A DNA stretch of 36,327 nt from positions 1 to 36,327 of the forward strand of contig CAJVPI010000294.1 in assembly GCA_910592345.1 (NCBI GenBank), written 5' to 3'. Every line of letters starts with the position of its first letter. The first letter of the stretch is position 1. The stretch is from Paraglomus brasilianum. Lineage: Eukaryota. Shown in pieces: positions 21,473 through 35,200 of the stretch. The translations under genes and the position numbers were made by a program. The notes under the pieces were generated by a model that was not told the origin of the DNA, made no database searches, and saw only the letters and a list, made by a program, of their open reading frames with translations.

Positions 21473-22457
21473 GCGAATTGAACAAAGGATAACAATGATT
21501 TGAGCAGGTCCTCAACAAGAAAACATGGACCCCACTTTTTTTACATTACCATGAACGCGCGGTCGACTATCAAGCCGACGAATAAGCAAAGACAAAAAGG
21601 TGCATAAAATTAAAGTTGAATCTACGCCAAAAATCACATCGTTAAGGCGTCTTCTTTGTTGTTATTACTGTTCTTATTGCTGTCGCCACCATTATTGCTG
21701 CTGAATTTCTTTTATAGTAAATCGGAGGGGATTTAATGATTTCACGGGTGCGGCGGGTGGTAGGAAATCCGAGCAGCTGATTGTGTTCATGCTATACCTT
21801 CTAGTGATGTTGCTTCACCAGATTCGTATATGTGTTGCACGGTGATATCGCCAACTGGAAGACTTTTATTATAGTCAGGGCCCTTTAGATAGTCACGTTT
21901 GATGCTTCCAAACTTTCGATATCAGCTTCTGCAATAATTCTCTCTGTCGACCACTTCTATTGTCAGGTGGTATATTTGTAAGACTCTGGCATTACATTTG
22001 TAATACGCGATTTGATCCAAAATTGTGATGAATCTTAAGACCAGTTTCTTGTCTCGACAAAGCGTGACTGCCCAATCATTGACACATTTGCATTTGTTCG
22101 CATATTTATGCGCTGAATTTTTATAAAAATAAAGTGTATTTGCCATTACCGTCAAATCATAATATTAGAATAATTATAAAGCAGACGTAAACATTCATTG
22201 GACGGCTCCTGGAGTCCTTCTACTTATAAATTATTGGATTCTCTTATGGTACTAATTCCACGTTGCTTGCGTAATCAGGCATCAAAAGCGCATAACACAA
22301 ATTGTATGCTTTGATGCACGTTTTACTATTGTACACAATGTCAATAAGATAATCGCAACATTATTTCCCTATTTACAAAAAACTGCACATTGATAATGTC
22401 CAACAACCATCTACTCTCACGCTAGTACCAAATAGCAAAAATATTATCTAATTTATA

Positions 22458-25400
22458 TTAGAATTGACCATCTTCCGTCATTTCTACTTGGTCTCTCACG
22501 TAAAACAGAATATATGCGAGGTCTCCCTACAAATAGACGATAGGATTACGTTAGATACTAGATACATGCGTTATATATTCTTACAGTAGAAATGCCTCAT
22601 GATAACGTCGCTATGCTATGTTTCAAGTATAACGGTTGTCTGACTATTGGCAGATACCATCTGCGTCTTTTAATTTATGTTATCGACTTACCATCTTTTT
22701 CACATCTTGAACGCTCAACTGTCTGACAGAAGTGTCGTCAAATTTATACCATACTGCACGCCCTCGATCATAGATATTTGCAGTGTAATGGCCTTCAGTG
22801 ACTGTTCGTCCTTCATGATTAATCACAGCGTATAGATTATATCGAGTAGACCCTGTGCCTTTCAAATATCCAGGAATAACATAGGGTGACAAATCAAAAC
22901 CCTCAAGGGGAAAGTCAACCATTACGTTCAGTCTTCCAGCTTCGAATGTCTTTCGATAGTAGTATTTTTTTAATTGTATGACCAAAATATTGGGCATCGA
23001 TGAAAATGCATATATTTTCTTAGATATACGTCTTTCGGCTGGACACTTGTTGCAATTCCATGCATCGCTACCCTGTAGTATCTCTTCGTCGGTAAATGCA
23101 CGCATACATTGATCCAATGTAACCATTTGCATTCTGTTCGGTCCACTCGGAACAGGAATCGGAACAGATATGTTCAAGTACGCTTCGTATGTGATAGATG
23201 AAGAGCGACAGCCAACGCATTCTACTCTGCTCTTCATTATAAATCCAAGTATTCCAACAAAGATAGATCTGTTGTTCTGATAATATTTTCTCCATTCCAA
23301 ATTACTTATCTCGTCTTCGGATAAAAAACTCCTTTTCTTCTCTAATACATCAATCTTTGCAAGTTCTGTTGGATCAGGGTCTCTTTTAAGGTAAGCCTCC
23401 AGTCTACTTAAAAACCATGTCAAAAACAGTTGTGCATCCTGTTGATCGCTGGTTGCATACTCATCCATTCCTGATGCGCGTGCTTCCCGAGATATGGCCT
23501 CTCTGAATTCCTTTGGACGATGAAATGCTTCGCCTCCTCTGCGCATTTGTATTAACAGATCTGCAAACGCATCATCTAAATCCTTGTCGCTACCAAAGGC
23601 ATTCCATTGTCTCTTTTCACGCACCTTTCGCTTATCCTTCTTGTAGAGACGCTCTATGAAATACATCGTAAATGGACGAGTACATCTGAACACTTGTATT
23701 ACCGCGTTCTGATAACACGTATTACCAAGATTGGATAATCCTGTCTGCGTTATCCAAGACGACACGGGCATTTGAAATGACGTAGGTGGCTTGGGCAACG
23801 GTCGAGTGGGTCTCGGTATAGCCAATTCAGGGTCAACAACTTCCGTAAATCCATAGAATGGATGATCAAACATTTTTGTCATGGTCTGTCGTCTTCGTAA
23901 TGTAACATCATTCGAAGGGCGCGCTGGTACGCTTGTCATCTGGCCTATTCCGGAAGTAGATGATGATACGGGACTTGTACTAAATACAGTAGCGCCAGTA
24001 CTAGAATTAGTGGCAGTAATACCGAAAGCCGATGATAGCGGTTGCTGAGGTTGCTGAGGTTGCTGAGGTTGCTGAGGTTGCTGGTATTGTTGAAACTGTT
24101 GGGGTTGAGGAAAAGGCATGTTGTATGCAGGAATTTGGGATGTGGGATATGCGCCTGCAATAGAAACTTGTGTATTGAGACCTATCATTGATTGCATAAG
24201 TGGACTACGGTTTCCTTGGAACTAATTAAGAAACGATTATCAATATCGATTGCTAGCGATGCGTAATCCAACAATAGTGTAAATGTAATGATAACTTACG
24301 AAATCCATGTAGCTCTTATTGTAACCGGAACGTCCACGTCCAATGGCACCGTGACGTTGAAGTGGATTGCCAACTGACCCATTAGCAAGGCTGTTGATAA
24401 TATAGTAATAAGCTGTTAGTTTCTACGTAGTGGATAATTATAGTATCATGCATGCTAGTTGTTGCCAACACTAATAATTCTAATAATATTATTACTAATA
24501 TCAATTATTCGATTGTACGTTCATTTCTCTTACCTCTGAACTAACTCATCGTGTATTACCATGCCATTTCGTTTGGTTCTATCTTGGCTAGATGTTCTAA
24601 CAAGACCTGGTCTATCATTCTCATTCGAACCATCACTTGCTACCCCAGCATCGCCTTTCAATCGATACCATGCTTCAAATCCACCCACAAGAAGTGCAGG
24701 AGGTCTGTGTAAGTTTTTCTCCGTCCCTATAGCCAACAAGAAATTTCTTAGTGCGTTGGGGAATTCTCCTTTTGTAGAAATACTAGTACGTGTCACATCT
24801 GGTGGAGTGGCAGAGTCTTGGTCGTAATACACGAGCAAATCATAAGTATGCCGCATTTTGAAATTATGGCGTTCTTCTGGTGGAGAAAGGATAAGCCTGT
24901 TTTCTTCTAAATCGAGAGAAGAAATACTGAATAATGGGAGAGTTGAATAAATAAAAATTATCTGGTTAAAAACACACATCTTAACAAGGTGTCAAAATAC
25001 ATTATATCTACGCTCGACCAGCACCAGCCCTTACCTATCGATTAAAATCATTGGTTCAATGCAGACAACGTCCTTTGCTTTAATATGCCCTCGAGCAAAT
25101 GCACTTCTTACCCGAATATCGACAATCAAAACACGCACTTTGTCTGGTGAACTGAGAAATCCATCAAGCTCGGTTGCGAGAATAGTAGCCTTGGGCACAA
25201 GGCCAGCCATCGCGTTTACCATTTCCTGTTCTGATAATTTCATGGGTTGAGGCATGGGTTGAGGCATCGGTTGCGGCATCGATAACGGAACGCCTGCGCT
25301 GCCATTTGTGGTTATAAAACTGCCGACATTCTGATTAGCGGCGATATATACTGGGGACTTGGGGGGTTGATCTGCAAATGGCTTTGTTTGTGGCAACGCA

Positions 25401-26107
25401 AATGGTTTCGTTGGAGATGTAGCAGTTATTGGCCGCCGAATGTCTGCTGGAGGCGAAATGACTGGCTGTGGCTCAGGCATTTTCGCTCGGTTGTCTCTCG
25501 CATCTAATGTTAGTGCAATTGACTCTGCGTTATCTAATGCAGCTTTGGCCTAATTGAAATGATCGAATGTGTTACTAAAAAGAAGAGTACAACGGTGAAC
25601 AGTACACGAAAGAGATCTATATTCACGGTACAATTCGTTCCACTGCTTTGTAGTTAATATATGATGAATCCTCCTTTTTCAGCTTGGAAAACCCGGGTGT
25701 TTTAGGTATGATTTCAAGGACTATTCTGCATTGTAACAGCAAGTAACATGCATGTTAGATTCAGTACGATAAAATTGCAAACTGCATATAGGCAGTCGAC
25801 AACCTGATATAATATTGCATAAAAACGGTCTGTTCACGTTTAATAGAAGGTCACACACATCCTTTACCTTAAACCTTGTATATATTTTACATACGCGTTC
25901 TCAAGGTCACCCTCTTTATTAGCTAACTGTGCCTACATTAAAAGAGATGTAAGCCCACGCTAACGATTTCTCGTGTTGACTATTCATTTGTTCTCTTACC
26001 CCACTGAGTAAACTCTCGGCTTTCTTAGTCCATGCTTCTACATTCGCAGCATTAGGATCGAGCGGAGTATTCGCTTTTTGCTTTAGTTCAGCAAAAGACA
26101 CAGACAT
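22458..26107 (-). CDS. DOA4: Doa4/USP8-type ubiquitin-specific protease (USP8 N-terminal domain + rhodanese-like domain + USP domain), 8 exons
   Basis: N-terminal MSVSFAELKQKA...GDLENAYVKY...IVLEIIPKTPGF; rhodanese-like VLIVDIRVRSAFARGHIKAKDVVCIEP...YDLLVYYD...PPALLVGGFEAW; Cys box GLSNLGNTCYQN; QQDAQ; Zn pairs CVGC/CNKC; His box HEG..TEGHYTA; WYKFDD; last exon GDLAYILFYVR...GQF*. Stop at 22458-22460. Confidence 0.93.
24040..24084 (-). repeat. Coding 9-bp repeat encoding (QQP)n in DOA4
   Basis: GGTTGCTGA x ~5 on the plus strand; encodes QQPQQPQQPQQPQQP. Confidence 0.85.
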
Positions 26108-28099
26108 CTTTCTTGATTCATAAACGATCCAGAGTCAAGATAAATAAAAACGTAATAGATGCCAAGCCGCCGAGTTATAAGGCTTATGTTACTATTACGG
26201 TATAATGCTCGGTTTTTAGTCTGCTAACCCTTTGAGTGTAGTACAATAACCAAATGCGAAGTTTCTGCGGGGGGTGCACACGAGAATTTATCGGACCAAA
26301 TTATTTCTTTGCCCAAATCTATCATCATAGTTCAATGATCAAGAACAAATAACTTCGTTCTCGGAACCATTTTGGCAACCCGCTATATCCAACATGACAA
26401 TAACTCTTTCTATCACCTCTGACTGGTATATTCTCGTAGATTTAACACCTGTTTCGGACATCTTGGCTCTGACACACTCGTTAAACGTGATTTAACGTAG
26501 CACCTAAAGTACTCACTCGCCTTTATTTGTTTTGCTTCAGGTGGGGGACATTATCGCGGCCTTTAGAAACATACCAGCGCAAAAGCCAAAGTAAATACTG
26601 TACTGGTTGATTTACGACTATACGCTACTACACTGTCTTCAATCCAAACCCACGACATAATGGGTGTTGGTAAACTTATGAAACTTCAACATGTGTTTAA
26701 CCCCCAATAAAGGTCAACGTCAGTTGTACGCTATTATTTCTATGTAGTTCCGAAGCTAGATCGAATGTACCATCACAGATTAGTATTAGGAGCAATGGTT
26801 GAGCAAGTAGCTCAGACGGTTAAGATTGTCTTGCGTCTTGTTCTGATATGCATTAGCATTTTCCTTTTACAATCTATCGCGATTTTAGTATTAGTGCCAA
26901 TAATGTAAATTAAAATGCGTTAACTGTTTACGATTTTAATTTCTGCCAGTGATACAAATCAAAAATGGACTAATCTCAATTGTTTAATTGATGAAAGAGT
27001 GGGGAATACAACAATGCAAAAAGCGCTCTTGTTTTTAATTGACTTAACATCACGTCTTAAAGTGAATACTCACTACATAACTCATCCTCTCCCTTAGCTC
27101 TATTAAATAAGGAATATTGATCTTGACATTTTTGCCCTGTGTTTCTTATGTCACGGTCGGATGGTCTGGTTATTATTATGGGAGAGCGTTTATCTTCGCG
27201 TGGATGTTACCAGATTTAGCTTCGTATGACCGCATTATACGCGCTTATGAGTATTCCCTAACGAGTATTCCCTACGATATTAATCACAACAACATGGGGA
27301 ATTGTTCTATTTATAAACTATAACAGAGCTTGCTTCGATTTGGTGTTTCGACTAGTCGGGTATAATTAAAACAAGAATCGTTTCAATGATTAATTATGAG
27401 CTCTCGTTCCTCGATTATTATAAGAGTAAATGATCTATGGATATCTTTACAGCTTGGTATCAGTATAGCTTTTACAGCCTGATTGAGCCGTTTATTAGCG
27501 TATCCGGCCAAACAATTAATATTTCAACGATGAAAGAAAGTAAATTTCGATTTCAAAGGGAATCGTTTATCGTGGATATGGCAATAAATATATCATTACA
27601 TTACTAACAACATGAGATTAACAACATGAATTTTCGACGATGGGATTTGAGTCGTTTATATATCTTTTGCGACACGGAAATGCGGGACGTTCTAAAAATT
27701 ATCAAAAAAATCGCATGATACATGAGGAACGAATTAAAATCTAAGTTAGCTATGGTGTTCCGCTTGACACGTAAATCGAAGGGCTTGACAAGGACGCTTG
27801 CTTGTATTACTGTTCTAAAATTAATGAAGATTTTATCATGTGACTTGCTTATCTGATTGTTGGAATTGCTTGTTGCTTCAATCATCAATCGCAAGCTAAT
27901 GCATATCGAATTCCGCGTGACATGCATTCGGTACATATAGCAATGAGCAAATTCGAAAATAAGGCCTTTGGGAAAACTTAAATCAACGGTAGCGTCATTG
28001 TTTATAGAACATCCGTCAGGCCAATAAATCGAGATATGATATTATCCTCACTAAGAAAAAAAATCTTATTGAGGAAATAAGAAAATATCAATCTCGAAG

Positions 28100-28813
28100 A
28101 AAGGAAGTCATTTCACAGGGAGGGACGTATCAATTCATGATGGATACAAAGACAGTGACAGAGATAGTCCTACGAATATGAAGCCGAGCATAATTAGGAG
28201 CTTGTGCTGGACTCTACTGAAACACAATATCAAAAACTTACCTCTACTCGATGGCTATATCAACTCCGAACAGGCGAACAGTATTTAGAGCGCAGAGATT
28301 TTCATCTTCGAGGTTAATTCCCAAACTCGAAAAATACACTACCATATTTAAACCGTAGTTGCGAAATCGCCGTTACCAACTGGCTTTGATAATATCAAGC
28401 GCATCCGCGTATGGTAAAGTTTGGAAACAAGTTCTATGCAAAAGTAATTGCTTTTCTTACGGGTCATGATAAAACTCCTTGTGTGATGCAAAATGGTACG
28501 TTGGTTCCTTCTGGAAACAGAGCACATGAGTTGCCTGATCAAGTATTACTATCCGGTATTGTTGGGCGAATTACAAGAAATAAGTAAATCTGACGACTAT
28601 CTTGCCGAAGAGTTTGATATACTTCAAGAGAGTGAATTACAGCCTCACCATTTTAAATTAAATCGCGGAGTTGAAGCTGCATTTCGAAATGGATGGAATG
28701 CTGGATGTGATTACGGTCCAGAATTTGCTAGAGCATTTGCTTCGAAAGTTTTAATATCAAATCAATCGAGTCAAGTTGGCAAGAAGAATCTTATACTTAT
28801 GCTGAGTTTTTAG
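28100..28813 (+). pseudogene. Possible decayed coding remnant of unknown family
   Basis: Consecutive protein-like segments in shifting frames with stops (ELVLDSTETQYQKLTSTRWLYQLRTGEQYLERRDF*; MVKFGNKFYAKVIAFLTGHDK; DYLAEEFDILQESELQPHHFKLNRGVEAAFRNGW). Confidence 0.25.
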
Positions 28814-29994
28814 AAGATCCTTGAAGGGACAAAAAAATTCTTTTGGTCTATTTGATGCTCTAAAAGAAATTGAATTTCAGAGTCAATTTCTTACTTTTAC
28901 AAATTCTCATGCTTCTGATCTTCATAGTTTTCCACTAGTTTATGATTCTGTCAAATATAGAATTTGGTCTATAGTCATTCATCAATAACAACTGGAGAGG
29001 GGATGTTCAATAATTATTGTTATATAAAAACTGACCTTAACCAGACCATGGCTTTGTAAGAGGCTCAAATGCAGCTTACTTGTTCTACCAGTGAGAAAAA
29101 TTACAAGAGAAGCATTGAAGTAAGTACATAAACTTGGAAAGTAAAGGAAACGACATAGAGGAATTTGGAGAGAAAGCTGCAAAATGTGTATTAGAATCTT
29201 ATTATTATATAATTCCTAAACCCATTTCAAGTATCTTACCGCAGTTCTATCCAGTTTAATTTCAATAAATCCGGCCAAGACTTGAATGAGTAGTGACCGG
29301 CGCTATCATAATTCTATATTAATATTTTAAACATGTGATATTTTCTCCTGTACATTTTTCATAGTTCAGATAAAAAGCATGCCTTTGTTAAAGACAAAGG
29401 ACGAATAAAAACAAGAAATTTCTTGCATATCACGTTGCTGATTATTTTATATTGTTGCCATTGTATCCCGATGAATGTTTAATGTAATGGAATGACGATT
29501 GCTTCTGTTCTTTGATAATCGTTACTACATTTAATTATTATATGCATAATTCGTATATTTCTGTATAATTGTGTAGTTCATACTTTCTTGACTACCGAAC
29601 TATAGTTTACAAAATAACCTATTTTATAATTAAGCGCAATCCGAACAAGATTAAGATAGCTGTTTAAGTAGTATCATTATACTTCTTTAATAAGAAATTT
29701 TGGATCCGTTGAGATGGACTGTATTACTATTACGACGTTTTTTAAATTTTCGAATATTAATCAATAGCAATATTTCACATTCTTTCCATATTTCGTCATC
29801 ATTGTTACATTTTTATATTTCAAAATGACGTGTCATACACAATTAATCAATAAATAGTCGACGCGTTCACAAATAATCACCATCTTTCCTCTTTCATAGC
29901 TTGTCTTGCGACTTTTCCAACCATTCCTGTATAATTACCCAATATATTCTTCGTCTTGCCTGTCTTTATCGTTCGCTTTACCCCTTTATCTATT

Positions 29995-31011
29995 ATGCCG
30001 GGAAATATCAACGAATCGTTGCATAATTCCCTCGACGAAAAAGTGATTCTCTGTATACTCGAAAATGCAATTCAAATGCAGTGTCATTCTGTATCGTTCC
30101 ATTTCGTCTCAGAGATAAAAGCTATTCTTCAGAAGAATATGAAGAGTGATAACAGCGAGTGTGAAGATACAAAGAACAATATTGATTGGAAAGTAAATGA
30201 AACTAATGATCGTGATGTTGATAATAACGAGTTTAGTCAAGTTGATGTAGGATTAAGGAGATGCAATAGAGACAGATGTAAGTCGCCCGATAATTTATAA
30301 ACATTTTGTCTGTACTTGTTTGGTTGTTTATCACTCACACAATTTACGCGCTTCCCTAACTCAGCCCTTCCAACTGTTTTACCTTCCAAGACACAAGAGT
30401 CATTACTACCACCCTTCAGCTTATCACCACCACCGTATACATTCCAACCGCTACCGCTACAATATGCTGCTTGTCTTCCGACACCCACAATGCTAGATAT
30501 CGCCAATATACCATGTACAATCATTAATCGTTTGTCTATAATACAATTTTATGAACTCTGTGCAATCCTCCAGAGTGCCATTGCCGAACCATCTCTTCCG
30601 CCATCTTTCATTTCCTCGGACATCATTTCGAATGGTTTAACCCAATACTATATGTCTTGCTACGACTCTTTGATCGCTTCTCCCAAGACACCAAATGCGA
30701 TTCTCTCAGCCTATAAACTCGGTGAAATCATTATTCTTAGCGAAGAAATTCCCCTTTTGCCATCGGATGAAGAGCTATCAAAAAGACTGTCAGTAGCCAA
30801 GAGCGACATTGTGAAGACGAACGTTCTTGCCGTGAGAGTATACGATTTTATACAGGTTGTTGGAGGACAAGCAATTGAGCAGATGAGCTCGTCGGCATTG
30901 GGATTTTTTAGGAACAGAAGAGTCAACGATGCTGTAATTAAGTTTGCTGAATGCGTAGTGAGGGGCGACTACGACTTGCTGAATCGTGCAGAATTCGATG
31001 GCGAAAATTAG
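29995..31011 (+). CDS. Hypothetical protein, 2 exons (29995-30277, 30365-31011; ~309 aa)
   Basis: ATG 29995; donor GTAAGT at 30278; branch point CTAAC directly before the CAG acceptor (30362-30364). Splicing joins the two long ORFs in frame. Pro-rich linker then a helical-looking C-terminal domain. Confidence 0.7.
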
Positions 31012-31298
31012 TCTTGGGGAATACGAGTTGCGGTTTGTTTAGAAATCATTGTAGAGGAGATTGTAAAGAGATGTGTGTTGAATTACAATAAATGTAGTCG
31101 CAATAATTATGTCTATTATAATGGTTCTAATTACAATGGATGCGTTTAATCGAAATGACCCCGTTTCTATTCCCAACGTTTGTTATGCAGTCTTCGCTTG
31201 ATAAGCGAGCGATAAAAAGTCAAATTTTCTAAAGTGTTTGTATTTACACCCCAAATCCTTTCACCATTTTACGCTAAGTAATCCCCCCTCCTCCACTA

Positions 31299-32264
31299 CT
31301 AGCACACGAACTGCGTAAACGAAGGATCATATCTATAGTCGCTTCTATTGCTGTCAGAAACGTAACTACTACTACCGTCACCCTCTTCGCTTTGCACTAT
31401 GCTTTCGCTCATGTCACTATTTGCTACACCTGTGCGATTGTTTCTTGGAAATGCTCCAACAGTTAAAAAGGCTTGACTATTTCGTTCACGCCGACCAAAG
31501 AATGATCTTAGCTTGCCACGGTTACTGTCCGTCGGCGAGGACAAGGCAGCCAATTCTCCCATATATGGCGCATTCGATTGTTGATTGGTCTTGTTTGCTT
31601 TACGGTGACGGCGAAGGAAGAACAGCCCGATTGTAATAATTAGAGCGGCAAATACAACGGGTATTGCAGCAATCAGATATGGTCTTGCGGTAGGACTCTG
31701 AATTGAGGCCGTAGATGGTGGGGGCTGCGGTGATATTGATGGTGTAGATGGGGATGAGGGCGAAGGAGGTGGTGATGTATTAAGAGAAGATAGTGATGAA
31801 GACGAAAGGGAAGAATCGTTTGGCGATGAAGATGGTACATTGGAAGGAACAGTTCCTGTTGGGGTGGCATCGCCGGATGTGTTGGGGGATGGGTTAGTGC
31901 TCGGAGATAATGGAGGTGAGGTAGGTGAGGAAGGTGAGGGAGATGACGGGGTATTGGTAGTCGTTGGAAGGATATCGCTGGTATTAGTATTAGTTTCTGT
32001 ATAAGTAGTATGCGTTGTACTGGAACTACTGCTGTTATCGGGTTCGTTAGGAGGATATTTATTATTTGTTCTCGCATGTATTGCGGCGTATGAGAAATCT
32101 TCCGCAACTTTGCTGATGGGGTTAACGACACCGTCCCTCCTAAGGAAGATGTCTAATGGTATCGAAGGAGTCGAATTCCCATCAGCATTTGTAATTGTTA
32201 GGCCGAGTAGACTTTCTTGAGAGCCCTTCTGGTTAGCATGATCATAAACAGATGACAACTTCAT
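31299..32264 (-). CDS. Ser/Thr/Pro-rich single-pass membrane protein (mucin/Mid2-Wsc-like architecture)
   Basis: 321-aa ORF with a ~120-aa S/T/P tract, a TM helix YLIAAIPVVFAALIITIGLFFL, a positive-inside RRHRK and a Ser-rich tail. No clear signal peptide. Confidence 0.75.
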   Translation of the reverse strand: MKLSSVYDHANQKGSQESLLGLTITNADGNSTPSIPLDIFLRRDGVVNPISKVAEDFSYAAIHARTNNKYPPNEPDNSSSSSTTHTTYTETNTNTSDILPTTTNTPSSPSPSSPTSPPLSPSTNPSPNTSGDATPTGTVPSNVPSSSPNDSSLSSSSLSSLNTSPPPSPSSPSTPSISPQPPPSTASIQSPTARPYLIAAIPVVFAALIITIGLFFLRRHRKANKTNQQSNAPYMGELAALSSPTDSNRGKLRSFFGRRERNSQAFLTVGAFPRNNRTGVANSDMSESIVQSEEGDGSSSYVSDSNRSDYRYDPSFTQFVC

Positions 32265-35200
32265 TCTCTATATCCCCGTATTGTGTTGTCTTCTGCGAGA
32301 ACGAATGACGGTATATTCAAAAATATATAAACGTAGGATGACTCCCGAGTCGAATCCTTGTTACGTTCGCAGAATGAGTCTGTGCAGTTTCAAGGAATGT
32401 GGATACATTTAAATGTATCTAAGGATTGTTGACTACCGTCCCTCCCAAAACGGAATAAATTAATATTAATATTATTCAACTAACTAGTTGTAAATACAAA
32501 CAGAGACATAACATCCTCCTTTAGAGAAAGACTTGACACTTATATGTACACAATTGATAATACAAAATGCAGTTGAACGAATCAATTGAACATGATAGGA
32601 TATCGTATACAGTTACATACAGTACAAACACACGGTTAAAATTAAGAACACAGGCTCTTAGTCATTTGTGCTTCCAATAGATGAACTTGTAGAAGATTAT
32701 TTTAACGTGCCGTGAAACATTGGTGAACCCGTGTCGACATAATTAAATGTGACATAAAAGTGCGAAGTCCGCAACAATAAATATAAAACCGTAACTCGTT
32801 GAGCTAACAACGTTGACATAGGGTAAACCCATTTAAAGCACGTATCCAAACGTTTTTGTCTTACGAAGGGTCAAAGGACTAACAACGAAAATCTTTGCGG
32901 AAGTTCTGACACTTTAATCTGTTCACCCGTCAATAATGTCTCTTGCTATTTATAATACTGGCTTGGCATCTAAACATCTAAACATCTAAAATCCTCCCTC
33001 CTGAAAACGTTTATTAATATTAGGATAGTATTAGTGTCACATACTTTTTTTGAAACCCAAATTAGGTTATACCAAATGTAGTGACGTTTGCTTTAAATAT
33101 TCAGTGATGCGTAAAATAAAAAGGTGTTAATATTATCCTTACGATAACCATTGGTATAATTTTTACGATTGTCAGTCATCAGGAAATAATAACGCCCCCA
33201 CAAAAAGATTTCAAGAGTTTAAAAGCGACATGTAATTAAAAGTAGTGTCGCATCAACTATATCATGACAAGCCGTGATTTATTCTTACTTGATCTTGGTA
33301 ATACTATTCATAATAATAGATAATCAGATGTGAAAAGACGGTTTCTTTATACCTGCGATGGTATTGTCACGGATCGTAAAAAAAGCAATAGGCTGGTAAA
33401 GTTGTTACTTTTATAACATTGCATTTATTTCAAAGTCTCCGAAGCTCTCCTCGGACGAAAACCTGCAATTCAGTACAGAGTTGATTTAGAAAGAACCAGA
33501 TGTTCGCTCCACACGAAATTACTTATCGCATTTATTTGAGCGGCTGTTATAGGTTTTAGACGAGTTCATTCCGATGATATAAGTATCTTTCCCGTCATAC
33601 AATTAAATTAATTAAAAATATATTACGATTACTTTTATATTGCAACTCACGAGAATGTATCGATATAACGCTGTATCACAACCCTGTCCATATATGTGTC
33701 CTACCTAGTTGTTGGTATGATCGATGTTAACCTACATTATAGATCATGTATTTAACTTTATCGACAAAGCACGTTTGTATATGTTCGAAACAAACCGTAA
33801 TTATTATTATTCATACAACCATTGATCACTATGCGCTCACATTCTGATGGTTGGTTTGTACTTGCGTGAATTTGACCCAATTCTCGAATTTTATTTGTGT
33901 GCATTAATCTTTTGAAACCATTTTTGATATTATTGATCCCAACGGACGGTAGTAGATTACATTCCGCGTAAATCGTAAAATATGCATTCCTTTACACCAA
34001 GTGAGTTTCTTTTTGACTGTCAGGAGACGAGAAGCATTTATTGCACTCACTTGTCAAGGTTATAAAATCAACATTAAACAAAATCTAACTGTAACAAAAT
34101 TTAATAATAAAGTGAATGAGAAGTAATTACGTTTTTTTTTTAATGTTATATGATCAAATAAAATTCCTTTATACTTTAAAGTCATTGAAAAATGTTTGAT
34201 GCGTACTAAGCAGATGAACTCTCTGTTTCTCGCATCCATTTGTGTATATTATGACATAGACACACTGTTCCTGTTGTTTTATTGTATCGAAATGCTTCAC
34301 TCGTCGCTTGAAGTCATCACATGAATTAGTATACGGGACATACTCTTTTTCCGGCTTTTCACAAAAAGCGTCCCTTGCACCACATTAATTGTGAAATTTA
34401 CGAAATAGACGAGGCATTTAACAAAGCTCGTACTAATGAGAATTGGTTTTGAAAGAACTGGACGCATTTTTATTTGGCAACATCAGAACGTATGGACTAA
34501 TTCCAGCAAGATACTTGTCAACGTTTCGGAACGACTTGCACCGATTCTCGCAAGAGAGAAGCAAATCTACGAAATTACTTCATTAATGAAGTCGAGCGAC
34601 GTGTTATAACATTATGCTACCGTTCATTATACGTGTAACTTTGCAATTCTATTTATCGGTTTATGTATCGTTTATATTAGCACTTTCTGATCATTTTACA
34701 AATCTTGGTATATTCTATAGATAATTTTTTCTCCATGTAATAACAGTTTTGCAGAGATGTAATGTTATCAATTTAAAAGAGCAATATTCTCACTAGTTCT
34801 TCTAATTATATTGTTTCAATAATAATAGTGAAACTAGTGTGATTTATTAATTGTTATTATGTAAAAACATAGTCAGCCTCATGGCCGTATCGAGAATCAC
34901 ATGCTTATATAATTCACATTTAATAAATTTTTGTATACGGCTAAATCGTGAAATAACTCTGCAAAGCTAGCTTGTCTTAGAGAATCGACTTGCTTTTCTT
35001 ATTTAACGTTGTAAATCTTTCATTCCCGACTATTATAGAGCTATTTACATTTATAATTCAACAAATTCCGGATGTACATTTATCTTCATTACCTTCTTCG
35101 GTCTCAATTGTATTATGCAGAGACGTGTTATAGCTGCAAAAGGTTAATTTGACGTTTAGAATACAATTTATATTGATGTTGATATGAGTGAAGTATACAT

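Noticed and set aside
31421..32131. Alternative-frame His/Pro-rich ORFs
   Set aside because: Shadows of the S/T/P-rich membrane-protein gene.
34340..34640. Protein-like frames in the right-hand desert
   Set aside because: Multiple stops and no identifiable family; insufficient to call a pseudogene.
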